Positions 18,582 through 27,542 of a stretch of 64,000 nt of DNA are shown here, piece after piece. The position numbers and the translations under genes were made by a program. The stretch is from positions 512,001-576,000 of the forward strand of contig OZ244799.1 of NCBI GenBank assembly GCA_965219955.1. Direction: 5' to 3'. This stretch comes from a bacterium (GTDB lineage Bacteria > UBA8248). Below the pieces are notes generated by a model. The model had not been told where the DNA came from. It ran no database searches and saw nothing but the letters and a program-made list of their open reading frames with translations. Position 1 is the stretch's first letter. Each line of letters begins with the position of its first letter.

Positions 18582-19399
18582 CAGCGCACCCGTTTCAGCC
18601 CGGTCCGGGTGAATTCGCTGGCTTTGAGCTTGATGCGGAACTTGTAGTTGTTCCAGCGCAGCACGGTGCTCTTGCCCGTGAGGTGGTTCACCATGTTCAT
18701 CTCTTGCGACTGCCAGTACTTGCCCAGATACTTCTTGTAATTCCCTAAAGTGAGCGTCTTCAGGTGCGAGTTCTTCCGGTCGTAGTACTGCACCTTCCAG
18801 GCGCGGAGCTCGCTCTTGTCCTGCCAGATGATCTGGCGCCTGTAGCCCGAGCGCTTGTTCGTCGGGAAGCGCTCGACGACCGTGCAGGTCAGCTTGCCGC
18901 AGGGCTCGTCGCGCAGGTAGCGGTAGGTGAACTTCTCCACCTCCTGGGTGCCCATGTCCTCATAGGCGAACTCGCTGCCCATGAAGGAGCCGGATTGGTT
19001 CGAGGAGCTGATGCGCTTGACCCGCTTGAGAGCGGGCAGGTAGAGCCACTGGTCGTCGTTTTTCTTCTTGTGGGTGTGGACGAGCAGGGCGGTTCCTCTC
19101 ACGTCGCGCGGACGGTCGAAGACGAACAGGCTCTTGTTGCCGCCTCCGTCCGTCTCGAGCACCTTCACGCGCAGCTGGCGCTTGCTCTCCTGGCCGTGCT
19201 TGTTGCGCAGCACCATGGACTGCTCGGCCGTGAAGTTTCCGAAACCCTTGGCTTTCTCGCGGGTATCGCGCGCGATCTGGAGGCCTTTCTCCTCGGGCGT
19301 CGCGCCCTCTGCGTGAGGCGGCGCAAGCGGATGAACCAGAACGCAGGCGCAGATCGCGAGAAGCGGGAGAGTCGTTCGGACGAGATGAGCGTGCATCAT
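18581..19399 (-). CDS. Outer-membrane lipoprotein-sorting (LolA-like) periplasmic protein
   Basis: PRDVRGTALL, DDQWLYLPALKRVKRISS and SFMGSEFAYEDM are hallmark motifs of this family. Confidence 0.9.
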   Translation of the reverse strand: MMHAHLVRTTLPLLAICACVLVHPLAPPHAEGATPEEKGLQIARDTREKAKGFGNFTAEQSMVLRNKHGQESKRQLRVKVLETDGGGNKSLFVFDRPRDVRGTALLVHTHKKKNDDQWLYLPALKRVKRISSSNQSGSFMGSEFAYEDMGTQEVEKFTYRYLRDEPCGKLTCTVVERFPTNKRSGYRRQIIWQDKSELRAWKVQYYDRKNSHLKTLTLGNYKKYLGKYWQSQEMNMVNHLTGKSTVLRWNNYKFRIKLKASEFTRTGLKRVR

Positions 19400-19640
19400 T
19401 TTTTCCTCCGGTCGATGGCCATCAGCAGAGTCGGCGGAAGCAGAAAATCAGCCATGAGCGTGATAACAAGTTATCCCGAGCAGGAGACCGAGCGCCCTGT
19501 GATTCGCCGATCCCGACGCGGCGAAAGCCAAGAGACCCGGGGCGAAGACGGTGGTTGTCGCACATAACGCATGACCTATGGTGCGAAAAAAGCAGCGAAC
19601 GGCCTCGGGCGGCGAAAGCGCTTCTTTCCGGGCGTCCTTC
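19396..19640 (-). pseudogene. 3' relic of a second MMPL/RND transporter gene (frameshifted)
   Basis: The minus strand reads ARKEALSPPEAVRCFFRTIGHALCATTTVFAPGLLAFAASGSANHRALGLLLGIT / (frameshift) LVITLMADFLLPPTLLMAIDRRKK*. This aligns with the C-terminus of 10282..12567. Its TGA overlaps the LolA-like ATG (ATGA). Confidence 0.8.
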
Positions 19641-19696
19641 GCGATGGCCGGATCGCGTCATTGCAGGAACTTATATGACTGCTCCCGTGAAAATAA

Positions 19697-19725
19697 AGTG
19701 TATCTGTGTAGAATTGGCCGGTCAA
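19697..19725 (-). promoter_or_regulatory. Putative sigma70 promoter for the LolA-like/barrel operon
   Basis: Minus strand TTGACC-17 nt-TACACT. Confidence 0.5.
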
Positions 19726-19837
19726 CATAAAAGCCCCGACGACCTCGCCTCCCTGTTTCCCGGTCCGGCCGCGCGGATTCGCCGGCGCACCGCACAGGCC
19801 CGTGCAAATCGTCCGCCATCACATATTTGCGGCCCTT

Positions 19838-19960
19838 GTCGATATCACCATCGAAGCGTGCTTGACGCCTTCGGGCGCCGGACCTTAGGGTGGTTCATGG
19901 CTCCTTCTTCGGGCTGGACTGACGCCCGGAGCGCTGAACATGGCGTCGGGACGGCGCCGC
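19838..19960 (+). pseudogene. IS3-family transposase (rve core) relic
   Basis: Fragments in shifting frames (VDIT, VLDAFGRRTLGWFMA, ALNMASGRRR) resemble IS3 'DIT...VLDxFSRRIVGWxM...ALxMA'. Confidence 0.55.
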
Positions 19961-20019
19961 ATGTTAGAAGGTTTTCATAGTCGGTGAAAATGGTTTGATG
20001 TATCGGAAAGGATAAGAAT

Positions 20020-21108
20020 GTGAAACAGATCGGATTGGGAATCGTGGGTTCGGGACGCATGGGGAGGCTGCGCGCGCACCTGGCGTCCGGCTCGCCTGAG
20101 GTGAAATTTCTGGCGCTCTCGGACAGGGACCCGGAGCGGGCGAAACTCATCGCGGAGGAGACGCAGGCCGATTTCCACACGGGCGATAACGAAGAAGTGC
20201 TCGCGCATCCCGACGTGGACGCGGTGATCGTCTCCACGCCCGAGTTCGATCACGCAGACGCCGTCTGCCGGGCGCTGGAACTCGGAAAGCCCGTGCTGTG
20301 CGAGAAGCCGATCTCCCTCTCTCTGGACGATGCGGACAGGATTCTTGCGGCGTATGAGAAATCGAACACCGAGCTCTTCATCGGCTACACGCAGCGGCAG
20401 AGGCGACGTTTCCTGAACGCCAAGGAGCAGATTCAGCGGGGACGGCTCGGGCACCTGCAGACCGCGCGCGCCACGCTCTATAACGTCACCACCAACGGGG
20501 CGGAGATCTACAAGCGCGCCGCCCATGCCGGCCCCGTCACCGACACGCTCACCTACATGGTGGACATCTGCCTGTGGTATTTCGAGGGCAGAAAGCCCAA
20601 GCGCGTCTACGCCCAGGGGGGCAGCAAGGTGTTCCCGCATCACCCGATGGGCTGCGGGGACTGGGCGTGGGCGATCCTCACCTTCGAGGACGGCGGCACC
20701 GTGAACTTCGGCTGCTCGTGGATACTGCCCGACAACTGGCCGGCGAACATCACCTCCATCGACCTCGAAGTCATGGGCACCGAGGGGGCCATCGCGATAG
20801 ACGATTCGCACAAGAACGCCGTCATGGCGACGAACAAGGGCGTGCCCTCGCCCTACGTGGACGGCATGTCGTCGGACGTCGTGTTCCTCGAATCCATGAT
20901 GGCGGGCGACTGGCTGGTGGGCGATTTCTGGGGGCCGATGCGCGATGAGACGAGGCTTTTTCTCGAAAGAGTGACGATGGGCCGGAGCGTCTCGCTGGCG
21001 CTTCCCCATCACGCGCGCACCGTGCTCGAGGTGACGCTCGCGATCGAGCACAGCGCGAAGGAAAACCGGCCCATCGACTTTCCGCTCACGAACGCCTATT
21101 CCCATTAA
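20020..21108 (+). CDS. Gfo/Idh/MocA family oxidoreductase (paralog 2)
   Basis: GIVGSGRMG and GKPVLCEKP. Colinear similarity to 6368..7459 (e.g. GDW.VGDF.GPMRDETRLFLERVT). Confidence 0.9.
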   Translation: MKQIGLGIVGSGRMGRLRAHLASGSPEVKFLALSDRDPERAKLIAEETQADFHTGDNEEVLAHPDVDAVIVSTPEFDHADAVCRALELGKPVLCEKPISLSLDDADRILAAYEKSNTELFIGYTQRQRRRFLNAKEQIQRGRLGHLQTARATLYNVTTNGAEIYKRAAHAGPVTDTLTYMVDICLWYFEGRKPKRVYAQGGSKVFPHHPMGCGDWAWAILTFEDGGTVNFGCSWILPDNWPANITSIDLEVMGTEGAIAIDDSHKNAVMATNKGVPSPYVDGMSSDVVFLESMMAGDWLVGDFWGPMRDETRLFLERVTMGRSVSLALPHHARTVLEVTLAIEHSAKENRPIDFPLTNAYSH

Positions 21109-21120
21109 GCCCCATTCGCG

Positions 21121-21492
21121 GTGAATTCCGGGCAGAGCGTTCTGCTTTCGCATCCCCAGTATGAACTCGGGAAATCCGCCTCGGGCGATTGTTTTATCCT
21201 CGCAGGCGATCTCGATGCCGAAGGAGCCGCCCGCGTCCTGGAGACGATGGAAGGCGAGAGCTTGTGCGCAGACCTCACGAGCCTCGATCTGGAAGAGCTT
21301 GAGCTTGTCGACGGCGCCGCCGTCGCAAGGATGGTGGACCTCATCCGTCATCTTCTGAGCGCTTCCAGCCGGGTCGAAGTATCAAAGTCTCCGCAGTCTC
21401 TGGCGCACACGCTCTACCGGGTGGGGATGCTGGAGGGCGATTCGCGGCTGGAACTCATCGACCCCCGTGAGGAAGAGGGTACGACCAATTGA
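21121..21492 (+). CDS. Small STAS-like domain protein
   Basis: LAGDLD...LDLEELELVDGAAVARMVDL...SPQSL pattern resembles STAS/MlaB-like folds. Confidence 0.5.
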   Translation: MNSGQSVLLSHPQYELGKSASGDCFILAGDLDAEGAARVLETMEGESLCADLTSLDLEELELVDGAAVARMVDLIRHLLSASSRVEVSKSPQSLAHTLYRVGMLEGDSRLELIDPREEEGTTN

Positions 21493-21504
21493 GGCGAGGC
21501 CGAT

Positions 21505-21778
21505 GGGGTTGTTGAAAAATCCCGATGAAGGAGGAATCGTTAAGACCGGGGAGGGAGTGATTTCTCGGTTTGGATTTTGCTCGTCATTCCGGCGAAAGCC
21601 GGAATCCATTTGCGGATGCGAGTGAATACGCGGCGGCGTTTCATTTCCCCGCCGATGCGCGGGAACCCGGGCGAAAGGCAAAAGGCGAAAAAATGGATTC
21701 CGGCTTTCGCCGGAATGACGGTGAACGCTCTCGATTACGGGGCAACAATCCCTTGGAGAGAGCTTTTCAACGGGCCCC
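21505..21778. repeat. TIR-bounded cassette with an inverted GTCATTCCGGCGAAAGCCGGAATCCA pair
   Basis: GGGGTTGTTGAAAAA...CTTTTCAACGGGCCCC; palindromes at ~21582-21608 and ~21694-21720. Confidence 0.75.
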
Positions 21779-21822
21779 GATGCGCGCCCTTAAACCATGA
21801 TTCTTGATTTCTGGAGCCATCC

Positions 21823-22707
21823 ATGAGTCCCGTATCCCCCGATGATCCTTATGAGAGAAAGCGCGTCCGCGTCTTGGGAGCCGAGATGGCGTATGTCGAG
21901 GCAGGCGAAGGCGCGCCCATCGTGCTCCTGCACGGCAACCCGGCCACCTCATATCTCTGGCGGAACGTGATCCCCCATCTCGAAGGCCTGGGGCGGTGTC
22001 TCGCGCCCGACCTCATGAACAGCGGGGCGTCGGAGGACATTCCCGGCGGCGGCTTGCGCTTTCAGGATCACATCCCCTACATGGACGCCTGGTTCGAGGC
22101 AGTCGGAGCGACCAAAGATGCGTTTTTCGTGCTCCACGACTGGGGGGCCGCGCTGGGCTTCAACCGCGTCTCCCGATATCCCGAGCAGGTGGTCGGTCTC
22201 GCCTATATGGAGTCCATGGTGCGCCCGCGCCTCTGGACGGACATGCCCGAGGACAGGGTCGCGCAGTTCCAGACGCTGCGCGGCGAGGCGGGTCTCGCGA
22301 TGGTGATGGAGGATAATTTCTTCGTCGAGACCATGCTGTTCGAGCGGGGAATCGTGCGCGATTTGAGCGAGACGGAAAAGGAGGCCTACCGCGCACCCAC
22401 CCGGGAAACGCAGAAAAGAAGGCAGACCCACCAGTGGGCGTGCGAGATTCCCTTCGAGGGCGAGCCTGCTGACAACTACGAGATCGTGAAGCGCTACAGC
22501 GAATTTCTGCGCACGAGCGGGGATCTTCCCAAACTCTTCATCAACTGCGAGTACGGCCACGCCCTGGCGGGGGCCGCGCGGGCGTTCTGCCGCGAGTGGC
22601 CGAACCAGGAGGAGATCACCATCCCGACGCGCCACTACGGCCAGGAGGACTGTCCCGATGAGATAGGCCGGGCCGTGGCGCGATTCATCCGCAAGTTGCG
22701 AGATTGA
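21823..22707 (+). CDS. Haloalkane dehalogenase (DhaA/LinB-like)
   Basis: LHGNPATSYLWRN, nucleophile motif HDWG, acid in AYMES, and catalytic His in HYGQED. Confidence 0.88.
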   Translation: MSPVSPDDPYERKRVRVLGAEMAYVEAGEGAPIVLLHGNPATSYLWRNVIPHLEGLGRCLAPDLMNSGASEDIPGGGLRFQDHIPYMDAWFEAVGATKDAFFVLHDWGAALGFNRVSRYPEQVVGLAYMESMVRPRLWTDMPEDRVAQFQTLRGEAGLAMVMEDNFFVETMLFERGIVRDLSETEKEAYRAPTRETQKRRQTHQWACEIPFEGEPADNYEIVKRYSEFLRTSGDLPKLFINCEYGHALAGAARAFCREWPNQEEITIPTRHYGQEDCPDEIGRAVARFIRKLRD

Positions 22708-22744
22708 GGCGGGGGTATAGCGGCGAGAAAGGAGAATCCGGGCG

Positions 22745-23038
22745 ATGTCCAAGAACACCAAGATTACGGATGCCAAGATCATGTATGCCGTGCTCGTCAT
22801 GCTCAAGAGCAGAGGCCCTCTCAGCGGGAATGAAATAAAAGAGCGCGTGTTGGAGGCGCTTATCACACGCACTGATTATAAAAACGCAGGATATTTGAGG
22901 AGTCGAAAAAAAGAAGGATCGCAAGAACATATATGGGAAATTACCGATAAAGGGATCGAAGCACTTAAAATGGACGATGTCGATTTGTATAAAAAAGCGC
23001 GCATGGAGAGTAAGGCGCAATATGATGCCAAGGAGTGA
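22745..23038 (+). CDS. Low-GC small winged-helix protein, Mrr N-terminal-like
   Basis: AT-rich ORF; 'AGYL...IWEITDKG' resembles the Mrr_N/wHTH C-terminal wing. Confidence 0.45.
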   Translation: MSKNTKITDAKIMYAVLVMLKSRGPLSGNEIKERVLEALITRTDYKNAGYLRSRKKEGSQEHIWEITDKGIEALKMDDVDLYKKARMESKAQYDAKE

Positions 23039-23041
23039 AAT

Positions 23042-23422
23042 ATGCCTATCTACAGATTCGAAGACCTGAAAGACGTGCGGCAGAACCCGGGCCTCTCCTC
23101 GGGCCACGGGGAGAGCATCAAGGGGGAGCGGATGTATTTCTGCCACCGCATCTGGGAGGCGGGCACGGAGGCGAAGCCGCACTACCACGCCTGCGAGCAG
23201 TTCATCTACATCATGCGCGGGCGCCAGAAGTTCACGATGGGCGGCGAGGAGTACGAACTGGGGCCCGGCGACGTCATCCACATACCGGCGAACGAGGTCC
23301 ACGCCGCGGAGATGATCGAGGAAGTCGAGGCCATCTATGTCAAGGACACCACCTGGAGTCTGAAAGGCGTTGCCGCCGGCGAGGCCGCGCCCGACGCGCC
23401 GCCGCCCGATGATCCGTTTTAG
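23042..23422 (+). CDS. Cupin domain protein
   Basis: PHYHACEQFIYI...GDVIHIPANEVH. Confidence 0.88.
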   Translation: MPIYRFEDLKDVRQNPGLSSGHGESIKGERMYFCHRIWEAGTEAKPHYHACEQFIYIMRGRQKFTMGGEEYELGPGDVIHIPANEVHAAEMIEEVEAIYVKDTTWSLKGVAAGEAAPDAPPPDDPF

Positions 23423-23449
23423 GGTGAGGGGATAAGAGGCAAGAAGGTG

Positions 23450-23734
23450 TCAGGCATCTTGCGCCAGGAACTTCGCTCCCGGAATGACTTCCTCGATGGA
23501 TTTGCCGGTGAGTTCCAGGTAGAGGGCGTCCGCGCAAAGCTCAGCATCCTCATCCCAGGCGATGGCCCTGTGGGGAGCAATGCTGACTTTCTCGAAACAG
23601 CCCGGTTTGCTCCAGGCTTTGAATGCGCCGCGTCCGACGAGACCGGAGAGGTCGATCTCGCCTTCCAGGCCATCGGAATACCGAATCCATATCCGGTTTC
23701 CGGGACGTGGTTCCACGCAAACAGGTTGAATCAT
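23450..23734 (-). CDS. DUF2442-like protein (putative toxin-antitoxin module component)
   Basis: IWIRYSDGLEGEIDL...F..V.I...AIAW...ELCADALY pattern. Confidence 0.7.
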   Translation of the reverse strand: MIQPVCVEPRPGNRIWIRYSDGLEGEIDLSGLVGRGAFKAWSKPGCFEKVSIAPHRAIAWDEDAELCADALYLELTGKSIEEVIPGAKFLAQDA

Positions 23735-23974
23735 CGCTGCTCCTCCATGTTTTCTCCATGGAACACGCGCTGCAGAATCAGGACCTGCGTTTCCTTATTC
23801 GATATCGTATTCGAGAAGAAGGCCGTCCACAAGTTCGTTGAACGCCGTATCGAGTCTGTGAAGCCGGCAAATTGTGTGAATATTTGGCGCCCGACGCGTC
23901 GCCTGCTTGATACAAGGTAGATATTTATCGTAGGGACAGGTCGCGACCTGTCCCTACAGGTGATCCCCTCTATA

Positions 23975-24391
23975 TTACACCTTCCCGGAAAGCTCCTCCG
24001 CCTTGGCGTCGAGGTGCGCGATGATGTCCTGAAGATCGTCCGGATAGTGGTGGTCGGCGCCCAGGTCGGGGTCTTCGGCGGGTGATTTCGCCACGAACAT
24101 CACCGCTTTTTCCGTCAGCGTCCTGCCGCCGTGGAGCGTTCCCCGGGGGATGTGGACGATGTCGCCGGGGCCGATGATGCGCTCCTCATCGCCCAGGCGC
24201 ATGTAGCGCTTTCCCTCGATGATATAGATGTATTGCTCCTCGCCCTCGTGCCAGTGGGGTTTGGAACCCGTGCCCCTGCGGTAGGTGACCACGCCCGCCT
24301 TCATGAATTCCCCGGCCAGGGGCTTGTACTCGCCCGGGTTGCCCGTGCGGAGTTGTACGTTCTCGATGGTCTCGGTGCTGTAAAAAGGCAT
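23975..24391 (-). CDS. Cupin domain protein
   Basis: AGGAG RBS then ATG 24391; PHWHEGEEQYIYI...GDIVHIPRGTLH. Confidence 0.87.
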   Translation of the reverse strand: MPFYSTETIENVQLRTGNPGEYKPLAGEFMKAGVVTYRRGTGSKPHWHEGEEQYIYIIEGKRYMRLGDEERIIGPGDIVHIPRGTLHGGRTLTEKAVMFVAKSPAEDPDLGADHHYPDDLQDIIAHLDAKAEELSGKV

Positions 24392-24613
24392 GTATGGCTC
24401 TCCTGCAGTGATGAATGGTTGACGTGTGTCGTTCGCTTCATCCGTGGCGAAATGAAAACAGCGCTCTATGAAACTCCCTGAGCGTGATGCGCTGAACGGA
24501 CAATCTCTGAAAAGAACCTGCGAATCATAACCCGATTCCAAGATGGGGATCATCTCGCGTATACTTGCGCCGTCTTCAATCAGAGCGGTTCCACATATCG
24601 ACACTGAAGGAGA

Positions 24614-25798
24614 GTGCGCATGGTCGTCAACGCGGTACGCAATATCCCGTGGTTCACCTATTTCCCCGATAACTATCGCTGGTCGTTCATCACCTCCATG
24701 GGCCTGATGCGCGTGGCGGGCGGCGGGGCCGACCCGGCGGAGATTTTCGAGGTTTGCAGGAATCTCGATAAAGACGTCGGCAACGACGAACTCTGGTTCG
24801 ATGAGTGGAAGCGCATGGGCGACCGCATACGCGCGATGGGCGTGGCGGCGCAGCGGCGCGGCAAGAACCTGACGGCGGCGGGCCATTTCTGCCGCTCCGC
24901 CACCTATCACCAGATGGCCGATCGCTTCCGCTTTCCCAAGGACAGGGAATCCCAGGGCGTCTACCGCAAATCCATCGACAGCTTCAAGCGCTACGTCAGC
25001 CTGAACGACAGTCCCAGGGCGGAGCTCGTCGAGATTCCCTACGAGGGGGGCAAGTCGCTGCCCGGCTATTTCGTCCACGCGGAGAACACGCGCAAATCGA
25101 GACCCCCCGTGGTCGTGCTCTATTCGGGTTTCGACGGCACGAAAGAATCGCCCATGATCATCTCGGCTGGCGAACTCGCCCGGCGCGGCATGAGCGTGGT
25201 GGTGGTCGACAGCCCCGGCGTGGGCGAGGCCATCCGCTTCCGCAAGATATATCTCAGGCACGACTACGAGGTGGCGGGCTCGGCGGTTCTCGACTGGCTG
25301 GAGAAGCGAAAAGACGTGAACGCGAAGCGCGCCGGCATCATGGCGTCGAGCCTGGGGGGATACTACGCGCCCAGAACCGCGAGCATGGAGCGCCGCTTCA
25401 AGGCCTGTCTCGCCCACGGCGCGATCTGGGACTACCACGCGATATGGAAAAAGCGCATCGAGGCCGCGTTCAGGATTCAGCTCCCCTCGCCGGGGAACCA
25501 CCTGGCGTGGAGCTTCAACGTCAAGACGGCGGAAGAGGGCCTGCAAAAGCTCGAAGGCTTCCGCTTGGACGGCGTGGTGCAGAAGATGAGGTGCCCCTTC
25601 CTGCTGGTGCACGGGGAAGACGATCAGCAAATACCGCTCGCGGACGCGAAATCGCTCTACAAGGCGGCGGGCTCGAAGGACAAGACCATGCGGGTCTACA
25701 AGGGAACCGACGGCGGCTCCCAGCATTGCCACATGGACTACATCGCGCCCGTCGTGGGCTACATGGCGGACTGGATGGCCGAAAAGCTGGGCGCATAG
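24614..25798 (+). CDS. Alpha/beta hydrolase, FrsA / 2,6-dihydroxy-pseudooxynicotine hydrolase-like
   Basis: GFDGTKE, DSPGVGE, nucleophile ASSLGGYYAPR, VHGEDD, and QHC. Confidence 0.82.
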   Translation: MRMVVNAVRNIPWFTYFPDNYRWSFITSMGLMRVAGGGADPAEIFEVCRNLDKDVGNDELWFDEWKRMGDRIRAMGVAAQRRGKNLTAAGHFCRSATYHQMADRFRFPKDRESQGVYRKSIDSFKRYVSLNDSPRAELVEIPYEGGKSLPGYFVHAENTRKSRPPVVVLYSGFDGTKESPMIISAGELARRGMSVVVVDSPGVGEAIRFRKIYLRHDYEVAGSAVLDWLEKRKDVNAKRAGIMASSLGGYYAPRTASMERRFKACLAHGAIWDYHAIWKKRIEAAFRIQLPSPGNHLAWSFNVKTAEEGLQKLEGFRLDGVVQKMRCPFLLVHGEDDQQIPLADAKSLYKAAGSKDKTMRVYKGTDGGSQHCHMDYIAPVVGYMADWMAEKLGA

Positions 25799-25892
25799 GG
25801 CCAGACAGGAGTTTCATTTGGCGCGACAAAGCCGACCATCCGTGCATATCCGCACGAGTGCAGGCGTTTGACGCGCGCTTGAGGAGTTTCAG

Positions 25893-26717
25893 TTGGCGAC
25901 GCTGGAAGTCGAGAGCCGGGGAAAGCTCGAAGTCTATTACGAGGAAGAGGGCGCGGGCGAACCCCTGGTGATGGTGGGCGGCCTCACAGCCACGGTGGAG
26001 GTCTGGGGGAAGCTGAGGGGTCACCTCGCGGCGCATCACCGCCTCATCATGCCGGATAACCGGGGGACGGGCAGGACGAAGGCCTATCAGGATGACGGCG
26101 ACCGTTCCCCCGCGCGCATGGCGGAAGACCTGCTGGGGCTGGTCGACGGGCTGGGTCTCGATTCGTTTCACCTCATGGGCGGTTCCTACGGCGGGACGAT
26201 AGCGCTCTCGTTTGCCGTCGCACACCCCGCAAGGCTCAAGAGCTTGGTCGTCGCGTGCTCTCATTTCGGAGGAGCCGACAAGGTCGCGTCCGCGCCGGGC
26301 GTACGGGAGACGCGCGCGCGGGGCGGCGCGCCCGACGCCACGGAAGCTGAGCGCCGGGCGGCTTTGGAGACCCTCTTTCATCCCGAGACGATAGACGAAC
26401 GCCCAGAGGTGGTCGCTTTCTATGACGGCTTCAAGCGCCGCTTTCCCATCAGCAAAGAAGAAATCGAGCGGCGCAACGAGGGAATGGCGGAATTCGACGT
26501 ATCAGAAGATGTCAGGACTTTGAGCGTCCCCACGCTCGTCATCTCGGGCGAGGCGGACGTTCTCGTGCCGACGGAGAATTCGAGACTCATGGCCGGGCGG
26601 ATTCCGGGGGCCGAGCTCGTGATCGTCGAGAACACGGGCCATCACTTCTATTCCGAACGCCCCGAAGCCTCGGCCGAGGCGATCCTGGCGTTTTTGAAGA
26701 GGCGCAGGTCCCCATGA
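25893..26717 (+). CDS. Alpha/beta fold hydrolase
   Basis: DNRGTG, GGSYGG, GEAD and GH catalytic motifs. Confidence 0.85.
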   Translation: MATLEVESRGKLEVYYEEEGAGEPLVMVGGLTATVEVWGKLRGHLAAHHRLIMPDNRGTGRTKAYQDDGDRSPARMAEDLLGLVDGLGLDSFHLMGGSYGGTIALSFAVAHPARLKSLVVACSHFGGADKVASAPGVRETRARGGAPDATEAERRAALETLFHPETIDERPEVVAFYDGFKRRFPISKEEIERRNEGMAEFDVSEDVRTLSVPTLVISGEADVLVPTENSRLMAGRIPGAELVIVENTGHHFYSERPEASAEAILAFLKRRRSP

Positions 26718-27541
26718 ACATACCCGCTTTCGAGACGCTCCTGTTCGAGGTGCGCGGCCGCGTCGCGGTCGTGAGCCTGAACCGCCCCGAGCGGCTGAAC
26801 GCCATGAACCGCGTCATGCTCCGCGAGTTGAACGAGGCGTGTGATTTCATCGAGGCCGAAGACTCCATATTCGTCGCCGTTCTCACCGGAGAGGGCAAGT
26901 CTTTTTCCTCTGGTTTCGATCTCAAGGAACAGGCGGAGAACACGCCGGTCGGCTACGCCGAGTGGCGGCGCGCGCTCCGGCAGGATTTCGACGCCGTCAT
27001 GCGTTTCTGGAATCTCTCGAAACCCACGGTCGCCGCCGTTCGCGGACACGCCCTGGCCGGAGGATGCGAGCTTGCGCTGGCTTGCGACATCACCGTGGCG
27101 GCGGAAGACGCCGTGTTCGGCGAGCCGGAGCTCAAGTTCGGCGCGGGGATCGTCGTCATGCTCCTGCCCTGGCTCACGAACCCCAAGCTGGCCAAGGAGA
27201 TCATCCTGACAGGTGATGATGGGGTGTCGGCCCAGGACGCCCACCGCATGGGTCTCGTGAACCGTGTGGTTCCCGAAGCCCAAGTGCTCGATACCGCCAT
27301 GTCCATAGCGGAGAAAATGACGCCGATGGACCAGAGCCTCCTGCGCGCCACCAAGCTGGTGCTCAACCGCGCGTATGAGATCATGGGAATGGGCCGCGCG
27401 CTCGAAGATGCGCTCGACCTGGACCTCATGATCGAGGGCAGGGGAACGGAAGACAAGGCCCGCTTTCTGGAGATTGCGCGAACCGAGGGCCTTCGCGCCG
27501 CCGTCGCCTGGCGCGACGCGAGATTCGAGGATTCGGAATAG
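26714..27541 (+). CDS. Enoyl-CoA hydratase/isomerase family protein
   Basis: LNRPERLNA, FSSGFDL, GGCELALACD, FGEPE. Confidence 0.92.
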   Translation: MNIPAFETLLFEVRGRVAVVSLNRPERLNAMNRVMLRELNEACDFIEAEDSIFVAVLTGEGKSFSSGFDLKEQAENTPVGYAEWRRALRQDFDAVMRFWNLSKPTVAAVRGHALAGGCELALACDITVAAEDAVFGEPELKFGAGIVVMLLPWLTNPKLAKEIILTGDDGVSAQDAHRMGLVNRVVPEAQVLDTAMSIAEKMTPMDQSLLRATKLVLNRAYEIMGMGRALEDALDLDLMIEGRGTEDKARFLEIARTEGLRAAVAWRDARFEDSE

Positions 27542-27542
27542 T

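Noticed and set aside
7569-19399. De novo sterol biosynthesis cluster or classical steroid degradation cluster
   Set aside because: No squalene epoxidase, oxidosqualene cyclase or recognisable CYP51, and no kstD/kshB/hsa genes in the window. The distant thiolase-dehydrogenase trio at 35.6-38.9 kb looks like generic short-chain acyl-CoA metabolism and is not linked.
23975-25732. Apparent 585-aa protein ending in a cupin
   Set aside because: The upstream part is the antisense of the hydrolase at 24614-25798; the real cupin starts at ATG 24391 with its own RBS.
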